From: Klebsormidium nitens
Lineage: Eukaryota > Plantae > Klebsormidiophyceae
Assembly: GCA_000708835.1 (NCBI GenBank)
Contig: DF237019.1
Span: 175,900-239,899, forward strand
Length of the DNA stretch: 64,000 nt
Reading direction: 5' to 3'
The notes beneath the pieces are model-generated. The model saw only the letters and a list, made by a program, of their open reading frames with translations, was not told the DNA's origin and did no database searches. Positions 26,153 to 38,472 of this stretch are shown in pieces. Position numbers and translations under genes: made by a program. Each line of letters begins with the position of its first letter. Positions within the stretch are counted from its first letter, which is position 1.

Positions 26153-28369
26153 TAAAAAAGTAGTAGACGAGTCGGGTTTCAAGTATAGATTAGGAAGACA
26201 CGGAAGTTTGGAGTCTTAACAGCAGCCGCTTGAATGTAGCTCTACAGGACGTAACTTGATCGACGCTGAAAATAACCGGGCACGAAAGTGCTTTCCGGAA
26301 AGTGCACCCCAAAGCGCACGAGTGTAAGAAGTGGAGTCAAACTACATACATATAAAGATGATTTCGGGTTTCAAAAATCGCAAGCTGGTCTTGCGAGCAT
26401 TCTCCACGCTGAAAACAAGATCACGTTGACTGGCGCTAGAGTAAATAAGTTCGGTTGCTTCGAAAGGGTCATGTACAGAATCAGGATTCCGTTCGATTTC
26501 GAAACGTCGTGAAGACGAAGCGTGAAGTCAGGTCGTCGACTTCGTCGAAGAAGCTAAGCTCATTGAGGAAGCCGTCCGAGAGCACAAGCTGACACTACAG
26601 TAGTCTCGATGCATATTGCCAATCTCAGAAGGGCGCCAGAAAAGTCCCACTCGCCGTCAATTTCCCCCATGAGGATCTTGTAATAAGAACCTAGGGAGCA
26701 ACTTCAAAAGACACGTCCAATGAACGCTCGAGCACAGCTGACGACGCTCATTTGGGGCCGCCTTGCAGGCCGGGTGCGGCCGCGGGTTGCATGATGTCAC
26801 GTCTGCACAGCATAGCGCACGGAGCAAGCGGACCATTTACAAGCTTGTACTGCCAGGTTCAATCTACATAAGTGACAGATACTTCCATGCCGCCGCACTC
26901 GACCGCTCAATTATCCTCGTTCGAACGGGCACCAATTGTGGCGCCAACAGTGCTCAGATGCTAAGTATCATTTGACACCGATCGATATGATTCCACATGC
27001 ATATCACAATGACTCAGAACATGCATCCGGGCGGCCAGAAATGTTCGATCACTTCAAATTGAATCAACTTTTATGCATCACAGGATCGAGTCCGACGATA
27101 TTTGCTGAGTAGAGTACGTCGACCGACGGGCCCTGGGGAGAGATCTGAAAGGCTGCCGTGAAGTCGCATCATGCGTCGGATCGTGGACGGGAATACTAGC
27201 TCTTTTTTATCATGCATACTGTCAATCAATATAAATGATATGTCAAATGGGCGCAATTGCATGAGGCCGATCTCGCGACCATGCGCACGTGACCGTGATA
27301 CTAGACGGTGCATTAAGCAGATCAAAAAAAAAAAACGATCCGGTATGCGGAGCCGGACCGAGATTGAGCTGATCATTATTCTCGACTGCGCGCAGCCGGC
27401 CCGACCGGGGGCCGCCCGTGTCGGCGGATCGAGCGCTTGAAGTTGGTGATGGGCATGGCCACTCAATCCGACGGACGGGTCATGCCAGGGATGCACAGCA
27501 AGCTCTATTAGGATATGGCCGGCCTCCGTTAAGTTTCGATCCAAGGCGCCCGACCAAGTCGCGCAATCAGTATGAGCTTTTCATCATGACCAGACCGTCG
27601 ACGCATACGCATACCACACAAAATTAGGAACGCCAAAAGCTAAGTTCGGGAGAAATTCGCACTCTGTGGTATACGGTAGATCACTGATCGTCGATGCAGA
27701 ATCAGAGATTCTGTAACACTCTCAATAAGCATCAAGAAAAGTACCAAGTCTGGTTGTACAAGCTCGTGACGGTCAGATCTGTGACCGTGTTCTGTGACTC
27801 TGTCAATATGATCTAAAACCCGTGGGTGTCCAACAACGCCGATCTAGCCTGCTGTATCGCGCGCTGTACCGGGTCCATCATTCGCCCGGGCACACTATTT
27901 GTATATCGACCTTTGCTGAACCACCGCTATCCTCAAGCGCTTGCCGCGAGCAGACAACCCAGCCGTTAAAAGCCTACCCAAAAGACGCTGACAACGGCAG
28001 GGAAGAGCTGACGTCACTCTGGGGGAGACACGGACACGCAGGTCTGCCACGCCGTTCGTTGCAGACCCCGGTTTCTTCTGAAGGTCTAGCACGCGCTTTC
28101 CCGCCGCATTTATTTTGATTCTGACCTGTAAAGCTCCCATATGACCACCCCCTCTGTGGACGTGCCGCTCGCTTCACGGAAACCCCAACCGCTCCAAGCC
28201 CTCCGGAAGCTCGCCGGGCGTAAGATACGCGAGCGTGAGTATACTCCTGACAATAATGTTGATAACGATAACACCGACTCTACGCAATCGTGATTTAGAC
28301 CCATACAAGCACAGCCGCGCGCCTACCTCTACACAAACCGTGGCCAAAAGTAGTAACCTCGTCCAACGC

Positions 28370-28660
28370 AATGTCTACGCTTTGCGAGCAATTCCGTAGC
28401 CTACGCCGCCTAAGCTCAACCCCAACCCTTTTGACCTGGAGCAAAGACTGTTTATTCTAGTGATTGGCCCCCCTGCGGTTGACACTGCAACCTGACCAGC
28501 AGTCTATTCTTATGCAAATGTCTGCGCTCTGCGAGCAGTTCCGTTCTATACCCTACGCCGTTAAACACCTCAACCCCAACACCTCTAACCTGAAGCAAAA
28601 GCTGTTTTAAATATATTTGGCCCCCCTGCAGTTGATACTGCGGACCTGCTCAGCAGACTA
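28370..28660 (-). repeat. Degenerate tandem duplication (about 145 bp x2) immediately 3' of the BAHD stop codon
   Basis: atgtct.cgct.tgcgagca.ttccgt...ctacgccg...ctcaaccccaac...tggcccccctgc.gttga.actgc occurs at about 28371-28500 and 28519-28655. Confidence 0.8.
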
Positions 28661-28662
28661 CT

Positions 28663-31600
28663 CTAATCCAACCACTCGTCGCCCTCGCAATACTCGGCAC
28701 GTCCCACGGGGGCCCACGTGAACCGGCTGATGTCATCGTCCGCCAGCAGCGCCTCCATGGTCGGCCCCAGCACGCTGACGTCAGCGCAGAAGCCCGCCCC
28801 GTATGACGTCACCAGGACGAAGCCGTCGAACGGAACGGAGTATTTCGCGACGCCGAGCGAGAGCGGGCGTCCGAACCCGAAGTCCAGTTCGGACAGCGGT
28901 AATCCGGACACGGAGCTGATGACGACGTCCGGACCCAAATGGTGGTCCGTGCGCGGCCCGACACTGTCGATGTTGGGTTGGGCGGACACCCAGTCTACCA
29001 TATCTTGGACGAACTGCGGGCTGGCGCGCTTCACCACGTTTCGTATGAGCTTCGCGCTCTGAAAGAGGGGAAAGGCTCCATTTAGCAACGGCAAATCCCG
29101 TCGTTTCGCGAACTTCTGCAGCGGTTGATTCCTGTAGCAGACGTTGTTCTCCTAACCAGGGGTTCCGATCCAAAGCTAAGCGAAGCTGACAACAACCGAA
29201 AGCAGATCAAGACGAAAAGCACTTTCTAGGCAACGGTTTCGAAAACGAGAGAAGCACGCAATATGCTTCAATGGAGTGAGCCACGCCGAAAGGGGATAAG
29301 TCAGAGAAGACATATGTATGCACTTCGTGACTTGGCAGAGTTTCCTTCACGTCGACAAGGACCGCAAAGTCTCCGAGTAGAGAACCAGCATCAAAAAGGC
29401 TGCCAGTAAGATCCAAATGCCGCTTATTCCACCTTTCATGAGGCAGCTCAGGCGCGCCGCACAGAAACTCTAGATACTACAGTAAAGATTCGGGAGTTTA
29501 TGTTCAACACAGGAAACGCGTTGCTGGCAGTGAGGTAAGAAATCTTGGTTTAGGAAACCCACCCAGGACACGAGTTGCTAGCAGTAACGGTTACAAGTAG
29601 GGTTAGAGAACCCACCCAGGACACCGGTTGCTCGCAGAGTTCTGCCGCCGTCACTCCTTCCGTCCGGTTCGGAATGTGGACGTTGCCGACGTAACCCTCG
29701 GGAAGATCTGGGACGATATTCCGTCCGTTCATAGCGAAGACACAATGCGTGACCTGGCAGCAGAAAAAGGGCCTGTGAGTACAAGCTGCTTAGACCTCGG
29801 TTCTCTCAGGCTGACCACCTTTACGCGTCAGATTGCTCCGACTTCTGCAATCTCACAAGCGGCGACCAATGGCAAAGCCTCACCGCAAGTGGCAATTTCG
29901 TTGTGTGCAGACATGTACCTTAACACAAACTATATTCAAGATACCAACGCTGTACAAAATCTTTTACAGGCGAGTATAGGCTAAGCATATACGAATGACT
30001 CGCTCAGCATATTGATGGACACAAAACGGGGCACGCACGTACATGGGTTCCCGCCAGCCAGTCAAAACGTGTACGACGCAGGCACGCCGTGAGTGCTGTG
30101 ACCCAAAGGGGGTTCAGGTCAAGCTTCGGCTGAACAAACGGCCAACCAAGCGGCTAATCACACGGCAAACCAAACCGCAAACCAAACGGCTAACCAAACG
30201 GCTAACCAAACGGCTACCCAAACGGCTAACCAAACGGCTACCCAAACGGCTAACCAAACGGCTAAACAAACGGCTAACCAAACGGCTAACCCGACGACGA
30301 ATGCCCTCAGAGTCACGGCAGCCAGAAGCTCATACCAAAGCCCGGAGCCTACCTGCGCCGGGGTCTGTTTGGCCAATTCCCTGGCGTTTGTGATTCCTCT
30401 CCAGAGGAGTGCGCAAACAGCGTCGTTGGTCGAGACAAAGTCGCCAGCTGGCAGCCCTTGGTTAACCTCCGCTTTCAACTCCTGCAGCAAAAGCAATGGA
30501 AGAAGAGATGATAAAAAGCTCAATTAAAGCGATGCGAACCAGAGTGGGTAAATTACTTTGGGGGTTTATGGTGGCTACGGGTGTGCAGCACGTTACGTCG
30601 TTTGGATTAGGGTTGTTTGCCTTTATCGGAGCTTGTCAGAATCTTGGCTGATTAGCATTCGTCTTCAGTTTAATATCCGAGCAGGCGAAGCGAAGGGGAA
30701 AGTCGAGGAAGGAGGAAAAGGAAGTGACTAGGCGGCCAAGCAAGGGTGCATTGAAGCAGTCCCTCTTTCGTGGAGATAATCCCTCTTATAGTTTCGAAGT
30801 TGTTGGAGACGCTGTTGCACCATGGGACAAGAATAGCAGTGCGAACTCAGAAAAGGCTGACCAGAAGCTGCCCTGACACGGAACAGCAAGACCAGATACA
30901 GAGCTTCTTCGTTCTCTGAATTCTGTGTGTAGCGTTCGATAAGCGCACCACTCAACGTTGCCCAGCTGTTGAGAAAAGGCTGTAGCCTTTGCTAAAAGCC
31001 AGTTTGAACCCGGTCCGCGTCGCTCACTGTTCCAAGATCGTCCTAACCGTAGCCAGAGCAAATCAAGCAATAAGAGGCGAAAAGTAGCAGTACCTTCAGT
31101 TGGGCGGTGGGAAAGTGGAACCGGTGATACACAGTCGCGGTATACAGAAGGCTCCGCGGGATGACCGGGAAGACCGCACAGAACGCGGCAAAGCCAAGCA
31201 GGTCCTTGACCGTTTTGCTGAATGGCATGAACGGAGTGTTGCCCATTGTGGGGTGCTCTAGAGCGATCACAGGGCATCCCGAAGCCTGCGGCCAAAGAAG
31301 CGGGGATCTGCTAACGTCAGCTTGCTTGCACCGACGTTCTTGATGTGGGGACTCGAGTCGGGCGGGTCAAAAGCCCAAAAACGGTATTCCGACTGTCAGT
31401 GGTGACTGCAATTATGGGAGCCTTTATTTGAGGTGCCTTTTGACCAATGCGAAGGCGCACCAGCTTGTGCAGGATCTTAAGGCAGCAGCAAGACAGTCAA
31501 ATCGACTGTCGAGTCAGACGTCCTCTGTACTACTGGAGCACTTCGAGGCGTTTCATGATAAGAAGAAAGGCATCAGAGGTGGGGTCCCACAAGAGAGAAT

Positions 31601-33968
31601 AAAGCGGACAAGGAGAATACAGGAAAGATAAGCAGATCAAAAATAGTATGGGGCTAATTTTGAATAATGAGTAGCTCCAGCCAGCCGTTCGATAATGTCA
31701 TTGGATCAATCTGACCGTCCGATTTCCAAGAAGAGACGGGTATATGACATTGCATCAAATGATATTTCAAGCAACTCAGACCCTCATTAGGCTCGACCCC
31801 TCATTATGCCTGACACGCGGCACAATCAAAGCCGTCGATGTTGTGTCATGTCCCTATCCGAGTGGGACCGACCAGATTGCGAGTTAGTCATATCTCAAAC
31901 ATCATTCATTGATCGAGAGAGCCGAGTTTTGCTTGAGGGGCAGTTCAGGCAGAAAAGAGATTTGCTTGCACCCACCTCAACGCACTTAAGCCTCGCGTAT
32001 TCCAGCTTGTAAGGGGGCTTTTCTCCGCGCATTAGGTGCATCCAGTACTTGCAGAATGCGAATGCGCCGTATCCGTAGGTGAAGGTGTGATGAAACCCCA
32101 TGGAGATGCACAGGCGATCGTCCTGAAACCGAGTGATCTGCAGTTTGCGACCAACGAAGAGAGTTGATTAGTTCTGGCCTTCCCAACGTTGCCCTCAATT
32201 GAAGACTACAACAAAACTGATCTAGGATCACAAAGTACGTGAATGATGTCACTACTTTTCGATGGTCCTCCAATGAGGCGTTTCCTCGGCTCTGACTTGC
32301 AGACATTGACCAGAGATGGGGAGTCAGACCGTCAGACTCAGAGCGCCAGAAAGGCTACTCAATTATGAAGGCGCCATGTTGCAAAAGCCGATCAATTTCA
32401 AACTTGTTAGCAAACCAAGCAAGCATTGTTAAGCCACTTACGAGCATGAAGAACGTTATCACGAGAAACACACTCAAAGTGCTGGAAAAGTAGGCCGTGC
32501 TTATGCAGGATAACTTACCTGCATCAGTAAGAGCGGGACGTTTCCACCGGTCCCTGGGACCTCAAAGTGAAGCTGCTCCGTTCCATTGATAGTTAGCCCA
32601 GAAGCTAGGCGCTGCGGCAGGGGGCAGTTAGCCTCAGCCACACGCAAGTGGATGCCCTCATCATTGCAATCAACTGCCAAGTGGCCCCCAGCGTTGACCT
32701 GCAACAGGTTAAGGAGGGGTTATGGGTTCAAGAGGGGTTATGGATAGCACGGCAGAGTGCGGTTTCTAAGAGGCGGGAAAGGAGGGAACACTAATTCGCT
32801 ATTGTCAGCTGGAGTGCTGGTTCAGATGATGCGGAAGATCTCCAAACTGTGCTGGCCTTTTCCGGGGCTTCCTTACAAAATGCTGCCTACGCAGTCATGA
32901 TACACACTCCTATGCTTTGAGGCTCCTACAGTTCCGATCAGATCAGGCGAATCTCTGAGCTAAGGTGCATCAGTGGGGGATGCTTGCGCATGTTCCTACA
33001 GCATTCAACAAGCACTGTAGATTCACAACGAAGGGAACCTCATTACAAATGAAGTGAAGGCCACGGTGTCCCTCGGCGTTCAAAAAGAAGATCTACAACA
33101 ACTCGTATAGGGGATCCCTTTCAGAGCATCGAAACTGAGAACAAACAGGTCAACGAGGTCCGGAACGTGCTTGCAAAAGCGCTCCGCCAAACTGCGCGGT
33201 GGCTAAGGCACGCTTTTTTTGGGTGTACTTACCACAAACCGTCCTGCTAAAGGGGGGACCGCTGCCAGTGCCTCTGCCAGAGTGGCTTGGCACTTTGCGA
33301 CAAACGCATCGAGCGTGGTTTCTGCGGGGCAAAACCAAGGTGTGCTTGAATAAACACTCCTCCACAAACGGTTCACGTTCATGTAACGTGTAGACAACGT
33401 TAAGAGAGCAACTGAGGTGGGGACCATGGCAATGGTGAATGGTGGTGGTCAAATCAAAGCACTGAGGAAAGCAAAGGAAAGACCTTTAGTGGACCATGTC
33501 AACACATGCAGCTTCGGAAGAAGATAGCGACAACCAGAATCCAGGGCAACTCTCAAGGTTGCAAGAGGCGCCCATCGTATCGTTCCGCACGAGACGAACG
33601 TCAGCAGAATAGATGCAGTCAGGCGCACTGTGCTTGACTGAAAGTCTACAGTAAACCTTTAGACTGGACAGCATTGCAGGACGTGCCGCCTTTGTGTTTT
33701 GCATCACTGTCTTTCCGCAAGCAGCGAAAGACTGACCTTTTGGGAGGGGAGGCAGAAAGACAATGATAGGGGGGTAGTGCGTCCGAAAGAGCCACATGTC
33801 CATCAGGGACAGCGCCAGAGTGTGGCGGTGCGTCGGAGTGGTCGGCGGAACTATAACACATCTTGCAAAACTGTGACCTTCATGCTCTGCTGTGCGACTA
33901 ACAGATACAACCCGGCCTGAGGCAGCTGGAGAACTAGCTAAACACGTGCTGCGGCCGCCCTCGTTCAT
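28663..33968 (-). CDS. BAHD-family acyltransferase (transferase, PF02458-like); 8 exons; HXXXD reads HTFTY
   Basis: Exons complement(33737-33968, 33233-33321, 32519-32698, 31976-32137, 31094-31285, 30353-30481, 29616-29753, 28663-29058) join in frame. Motifs: LSLMD, PPLAGRF, DCNDEG, STNDAVCALLW, YVGN, DFGFG. Start codon tentative. Confidence 0.88.
29552..29592 (-). repeat. Echo of the end of BAHD exon 7 plus donor
   Basis: ctgctagcaactcgtgtcctgg|gtgggt versus the real ctgcgagcaaccggtgtcctgg|gtgggt about 57 bp away. Confidence 0.75.
30135..30290. repeat. Intronic minisatellite (CAAACGGCTAAC) x13
   Basis: 13 contiguous 12-bp units with a few variants, in BAHD intron 6. Confidence 0.95.
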
Positions 33969-34524
33969 CGGTGCCCTCCTCAATGCGAGCCCACAACTCA
34001 ATTCTTACGTTTCCTCGCTGCTCTGAAGTCGACTGCACGGTTTGTATTGCAGCTTTTGGCATGGTGCTACCTATTACTATTTATGATCATGGCGTCATGG
34101 CCATTGGCATGAGGACAGAAGCTTAGGAAGCTACCGTCCTGGTCCGTAGCCTGAGGCTAATAGGGGGTCAAAATTTCTACCGTGGTCCGTAGGTACCTTC
34201 CAAAAGGGACCTCCATGCCCATGTGAGCCCTTGCCAGGAAACCCTAAAACCTTAATTTACCGTATACCTAGGTACACTAGGGATGTTATGTACAGATGTA
34301 CGCTCTGGTCGCCACCCAACCACTCTCCACCGAGCGCTGAGTTCAGATTTCAATGAGCACATGACTTATGGGCAGAACTGTGGGGTCAGCTTGACCCAAC
34401 CGGTGCATGGGTATGGTGATTTCGTAACGGCGACGTATTGAAGCAACGTACAGATAAAAGCGTACTTACTTAAATGCTATATAGACTTAGGGTCTGCTCA
34501 AACTTGGTGTTCGTCGATCGAAGA

Positions 34525-34605
34525 GCTAGTTTTGCGGAGTGGTCAAACGCGGAGGACTTAAGACCCTCTCCTTCGGGTTCGCCGGTTCGAACCCGGCAGC
34601 TAGCA
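34525..34605 (+). tRNA. tRNA-Leu(UAA)
   Basis: Acceptor stem GCTAGTT/AGCTAGC, D arm GCGGAGTGGTCAAACGC, anticodon loop CTTAAGA, long variable arm, T arm GCCGG-TTCGAAC-CCGGC. One A31-C39 mismatch. Confidence 0.9.
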
Positions 34606-34617
34606 TCGACGGCGCTC

Positions 34618-34622
34618 TTTTT
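34618..34622 (+). terminator. Pol III oligo-dT terminator of the tRNA
   Basis: T5 run 12 nt downstream of the discriminator base. Confidence 0.65.
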
Positions 34623-37600
34623 CATCTATTTTGTTTCTGTTTTTTTCTGGCTCTCTCATTCTGGTGGGCATTCTTGCCTTTGCTTCGATGTTTACTTAAC
34701 TTCTCTCAAGCAACGAAGGCAACAAACGTTGATCGGCTCAGTTTGCAATATCAACTTTCACAACTTTCGCACTTTTAGTTTAAATCAATCGCCAAGCAGA
34801 TCAGACATGGATCGTGGCCGCTTTTGCGAAACGAAACATTCACTAAGCAGTTACTCTTACATTATGCTCGGAGCCACTCGTGACGCACGGTCGCAGAAAG
34901 GCAAAGCTCAGTAGCTGCCAAGCGATTCAAATAGGGTTCAAATGCTCAAACGGGCGCGGCGGCGCAGGCTGGTCACGGAACCAAGAAAGACCCTGGAAAG
35001 GTCGAAAGGAATACATTGCCATGTGATCTCACGACCTTGTTGTACTTGCTGAAGATGCTCCCGGGCTGAGGGGCGAGATTGCAAGATGGCTCCAAGGTGG
35101 TGCAAAAGCAAGAAACCCTCGATCCTAAACAGTAAGCATTTGGGGTTTAACTGCAATCCTAACTCAAAACCTCACGCGCTCCACCGTAACGCCATAGCGC
35201 CATTAAAATCTCAAGCCACTACTGTCCAATGGGCTTACTCTCCTCTGAACTAATCGGGATCAAGAGCAGTTCACATATTAGGTGGCAAACGTGCTTGCCA
35301 TTGACCTTCAACGTTAGAAGATTCTCATGCAGGTAATTGTGACCATGCATGCTCTCAGCGACCTGCACGTACCGCCGTACGACAACATGGATTGGCGCCA
35401 CCGGCTCCAATCTAGAAATCTACCCTCATTATAGTCTGGTGCATCATGATTGGAAGATGAACGCGAAGGGTGACGAAATGCTTCGGAGCACATTTTCGGT
35501 TACAAGTTCATCGCCTTAGAACTTCGTTAGATCAGGAGATCGGATACTCAGAGCTGAATTGCTGAAGGCCGTAACTGAAGTACGTAACATAATATTGGCA
35601 GTGAAAACCGACCGCGGCTCAAGCTAACGGATGTCATGTGACTGAGTTGCCCACTGCTTGAAGCAGATCCTAAAACTCATTATGAAGCGTAGCCCCAGTC
35701 TGAACTGAACAACACAACGTGACCTGATCAACATGAACAACGTAAACGATCTTTTCCGCCTTTAGGTGTCAGTTTACATCGCTCTCGCAGGCGTTTGGAG
35801 TCTGGCTACCGCAAACAAACCCTTCACGTTACTGGAAACTACTGAGTGACATGAGATGTCTGCCAAGACCCACGTGGCAAGTTCCTGCCCTGGACTCGCA
35901 GTCGTCTTTCGGCCGCAACCTCGTCTTAATGAGGCCTTCAATGTTTATTCTGCACTCCCCGTCGTGAGACCCCTTGCGGTATAATGGAAACTCGCTGGAG
36001 TGGGTTTCCGGGTGCATAGGATACGTTGTTGATGCTGTACCTGTTCAGAGGATCGTTCAGCTCTGGTATTGGTCTCAGATTGAAATAGTGAAACTGCTTC
36101 GAGGAATCGTTGCTATGCTGCCCTCAGAAATTCTCCAAACTGAGGCTGTGGGTTAGTATGCGTCATCTTTCCTTCAAAAATTCAAAGGTCAGCAGATATA
36201 CTTTTTATATTGAGCAAACATTGTGTGTGCTTTGCTTCTTGAATCATCAGCCCACGAGGAAACAGTGAAAGTGTATTTTAGCACAGTTACGGCCCAGATC
36301 CTTCCAGAAATGCAGAAAACTTTCTAGGACGAGAGTTTGATGCCTTCTTTCAGGGATCGGCAGAAGAATACGTCTCTCCTGCTACTGCTACAAGAAAAGG
36401 ACAGGTGAAATTAGAAAGATCAACTTGAGACGATCTCACTTCTGAAATTTTAAGGTTCCGCAAAACGAAACAAAATAGATTCGCTTACTCGTATCAGAGT
36501 CGGTTGGAGAGGGCGCACAATGCCGGAAGTCGCCCGTCTCAGGAGCCGTCATCCTAGAGAAGAAACAATTCCGGTTTTTAAATACAGAAGGTAATATTGG
36601 ACACTTCGAAAGAGCGGTTCTGCAGTTTGACATCAGTTGGGACCTGGGTGAATCGGGTACTGCGACTGAGCGGCCCCTTGTTGGCCTAGCACGACCAACG
36701 AAAGCGTGAGAGGAGCTTCTTCACTTAGCCTGAACCTCCCTACTGGAAAGAGTAGGCTCTCTGAAGTGTATGCTCGAGCGGGAGTACCCAACAAGTCCTG
36801 TTGAATCACAATAAGTCCACAGCAGTGCCATAAAGGCCCACTTCAGTAGTACAACCCTCGGGTATTGGTAAGGAGTTCTATAGTAGGCGCAAAGAAACGA
36901 CCTTCTACCTCCAAGATCTGGTTTTGTGATTAACAACTGGTTAAAGATCTTACTTCGTCCATCTGATTATATGGAGAATGCTGATGAGATAAATGAGGCA
37001 ATCAGCCGCGGTTTACGAGCATCAAGCGTTAAATGGGTCTCCTTCTGGTCTTGTGTTTGTTCACGAACTGCCAAAGAGAGAATATTCTCGGTACCCGAAG
37101 ACTGTGTCCTGGCCTCAGCCTACTAGCTGCTTCTGTCAGAACCCGTTGTAAGGAACTTCGACTCCGTACGACCTAGCGCCTCACTTTCAACGACCTACAT
37201 CGGACTCAACAAATCAAACCACAGCTTCAAAACCAATGTGAGATCCTTTCAGCTTTCAGAAGGTCGGTCTTTGCCTCATCCCAAGCTAGTGTTTTTCGTT
37301 CAAGGGTCTTGCATGCGTCATGGACCATTTCAGAATTCATTGAAAGAAATTTCCGAAGCGCCCCAGCTTCAAGTTTTCAAAGCACACTATCAAAAGATTG
37401 ACCTGTTACCGTTTCAAGAGTTTATTAAACAAAAGCTCCGACTTTGGGTCTCACCTTCGAGGATACTGGGGCTCCGAATATGGTGCCCTCCTGAATGACA
37501 CTCTTTTGTACAGCTCTTGCAAGAGAGCCGTAGCCATCGCCAAGGCACAGGCTGGCTGCGTCTTTGGATGCACTTGGTAGCACGGGGTGGCTTTACTGAT

Positions 37601-38472
37601 GAGACCCACGAACTCGTAAAGCCCCAGTCAATAGCTCAGCAGCGGAATCAAGGAACAGACCCAACTGACCCGACAAAGCAACAGAAAGCGGAGAAGCGCC
37701 CTGAACGCTTTGGGAACGCTTTAGTTTTCTGCGCAAGATGTCTTGTTTGTAGCTTACGATTTTCTGTACCGATCAAAGGACGAAAGCTGGACAGATGGTA
37801 CAACAGTAAGACTCAGTTGTGAGCCTATTGAATACGGTGCAGGCTCCTCAAGCTTACACAAAGCTTAGCTCAGGAATATGAACAATCAGTGAACCTGCTG
37901 CGAAGCTGCATTTGCAACTCAGTACTGTCTTTCTGAAGCAAATAGTCCATGTACTTTTTCGGTGCAGGCCACTGAGCGACTATAGCTAGCAGCGCCCAGA
38001 TTTCTAAAGGACGAGTACTTTAGATTCCTTCTCCGCAAGCAGTCAAAAGTTATCAGTCCTGATGTTGAGTCAGAGTCAGCTTCGATACATCTAAATGTAC
38101 ATGGCACCTCCAGGTGATCAGCTGGTGATAGTGGTGATTTCGGGGAGGCTGCATGGTGGCATGGGCCACGCATCCACGCATGGTAGCATGGGCCGGACGT
38201 ACACCCGACGTACACGAGCCGCGGGCGCGCGCGCGAGACGACTGGCCGGCCGGCGCGGGTTTGACGAGGGTTTCAACTTCTCCTACGGCCCGCCTGTTCT
38301 GCCAGGGATCCCCTTACGTCGTGATGGTGTGACCTCATCTTGATCGTGAGCGTCAGCATTGAAGTTGAGGGACATGAGAGGCATGTGGTCCGCTCATCCG
38401 CTGCTCTGAAGAAAGCCTCAGCTAGAAACGGACGCCTTCCCTGATCCTTTAGGCTGCAGGCCGGCAGCAGCA

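Noticed and set aside
30135-30290. Regular repeat array as a possible CRISPR
   Set aside because: Contiguous 12-bp units with no spacers, no cas genes, eukaryotic intron.
30158-30523. ORF with repeated AVWL, looking like a membrane protein
   Set aside because: The AVWL part is the translated 12-bp intronic minisatellite; only 30353-30481 is a BAHD exon.
35200-37900. Scattered 60-100 aa ORFs between the tRNA and hydrolase B
   Set aside because: No recognisable protein or TE signature; left unannotated.
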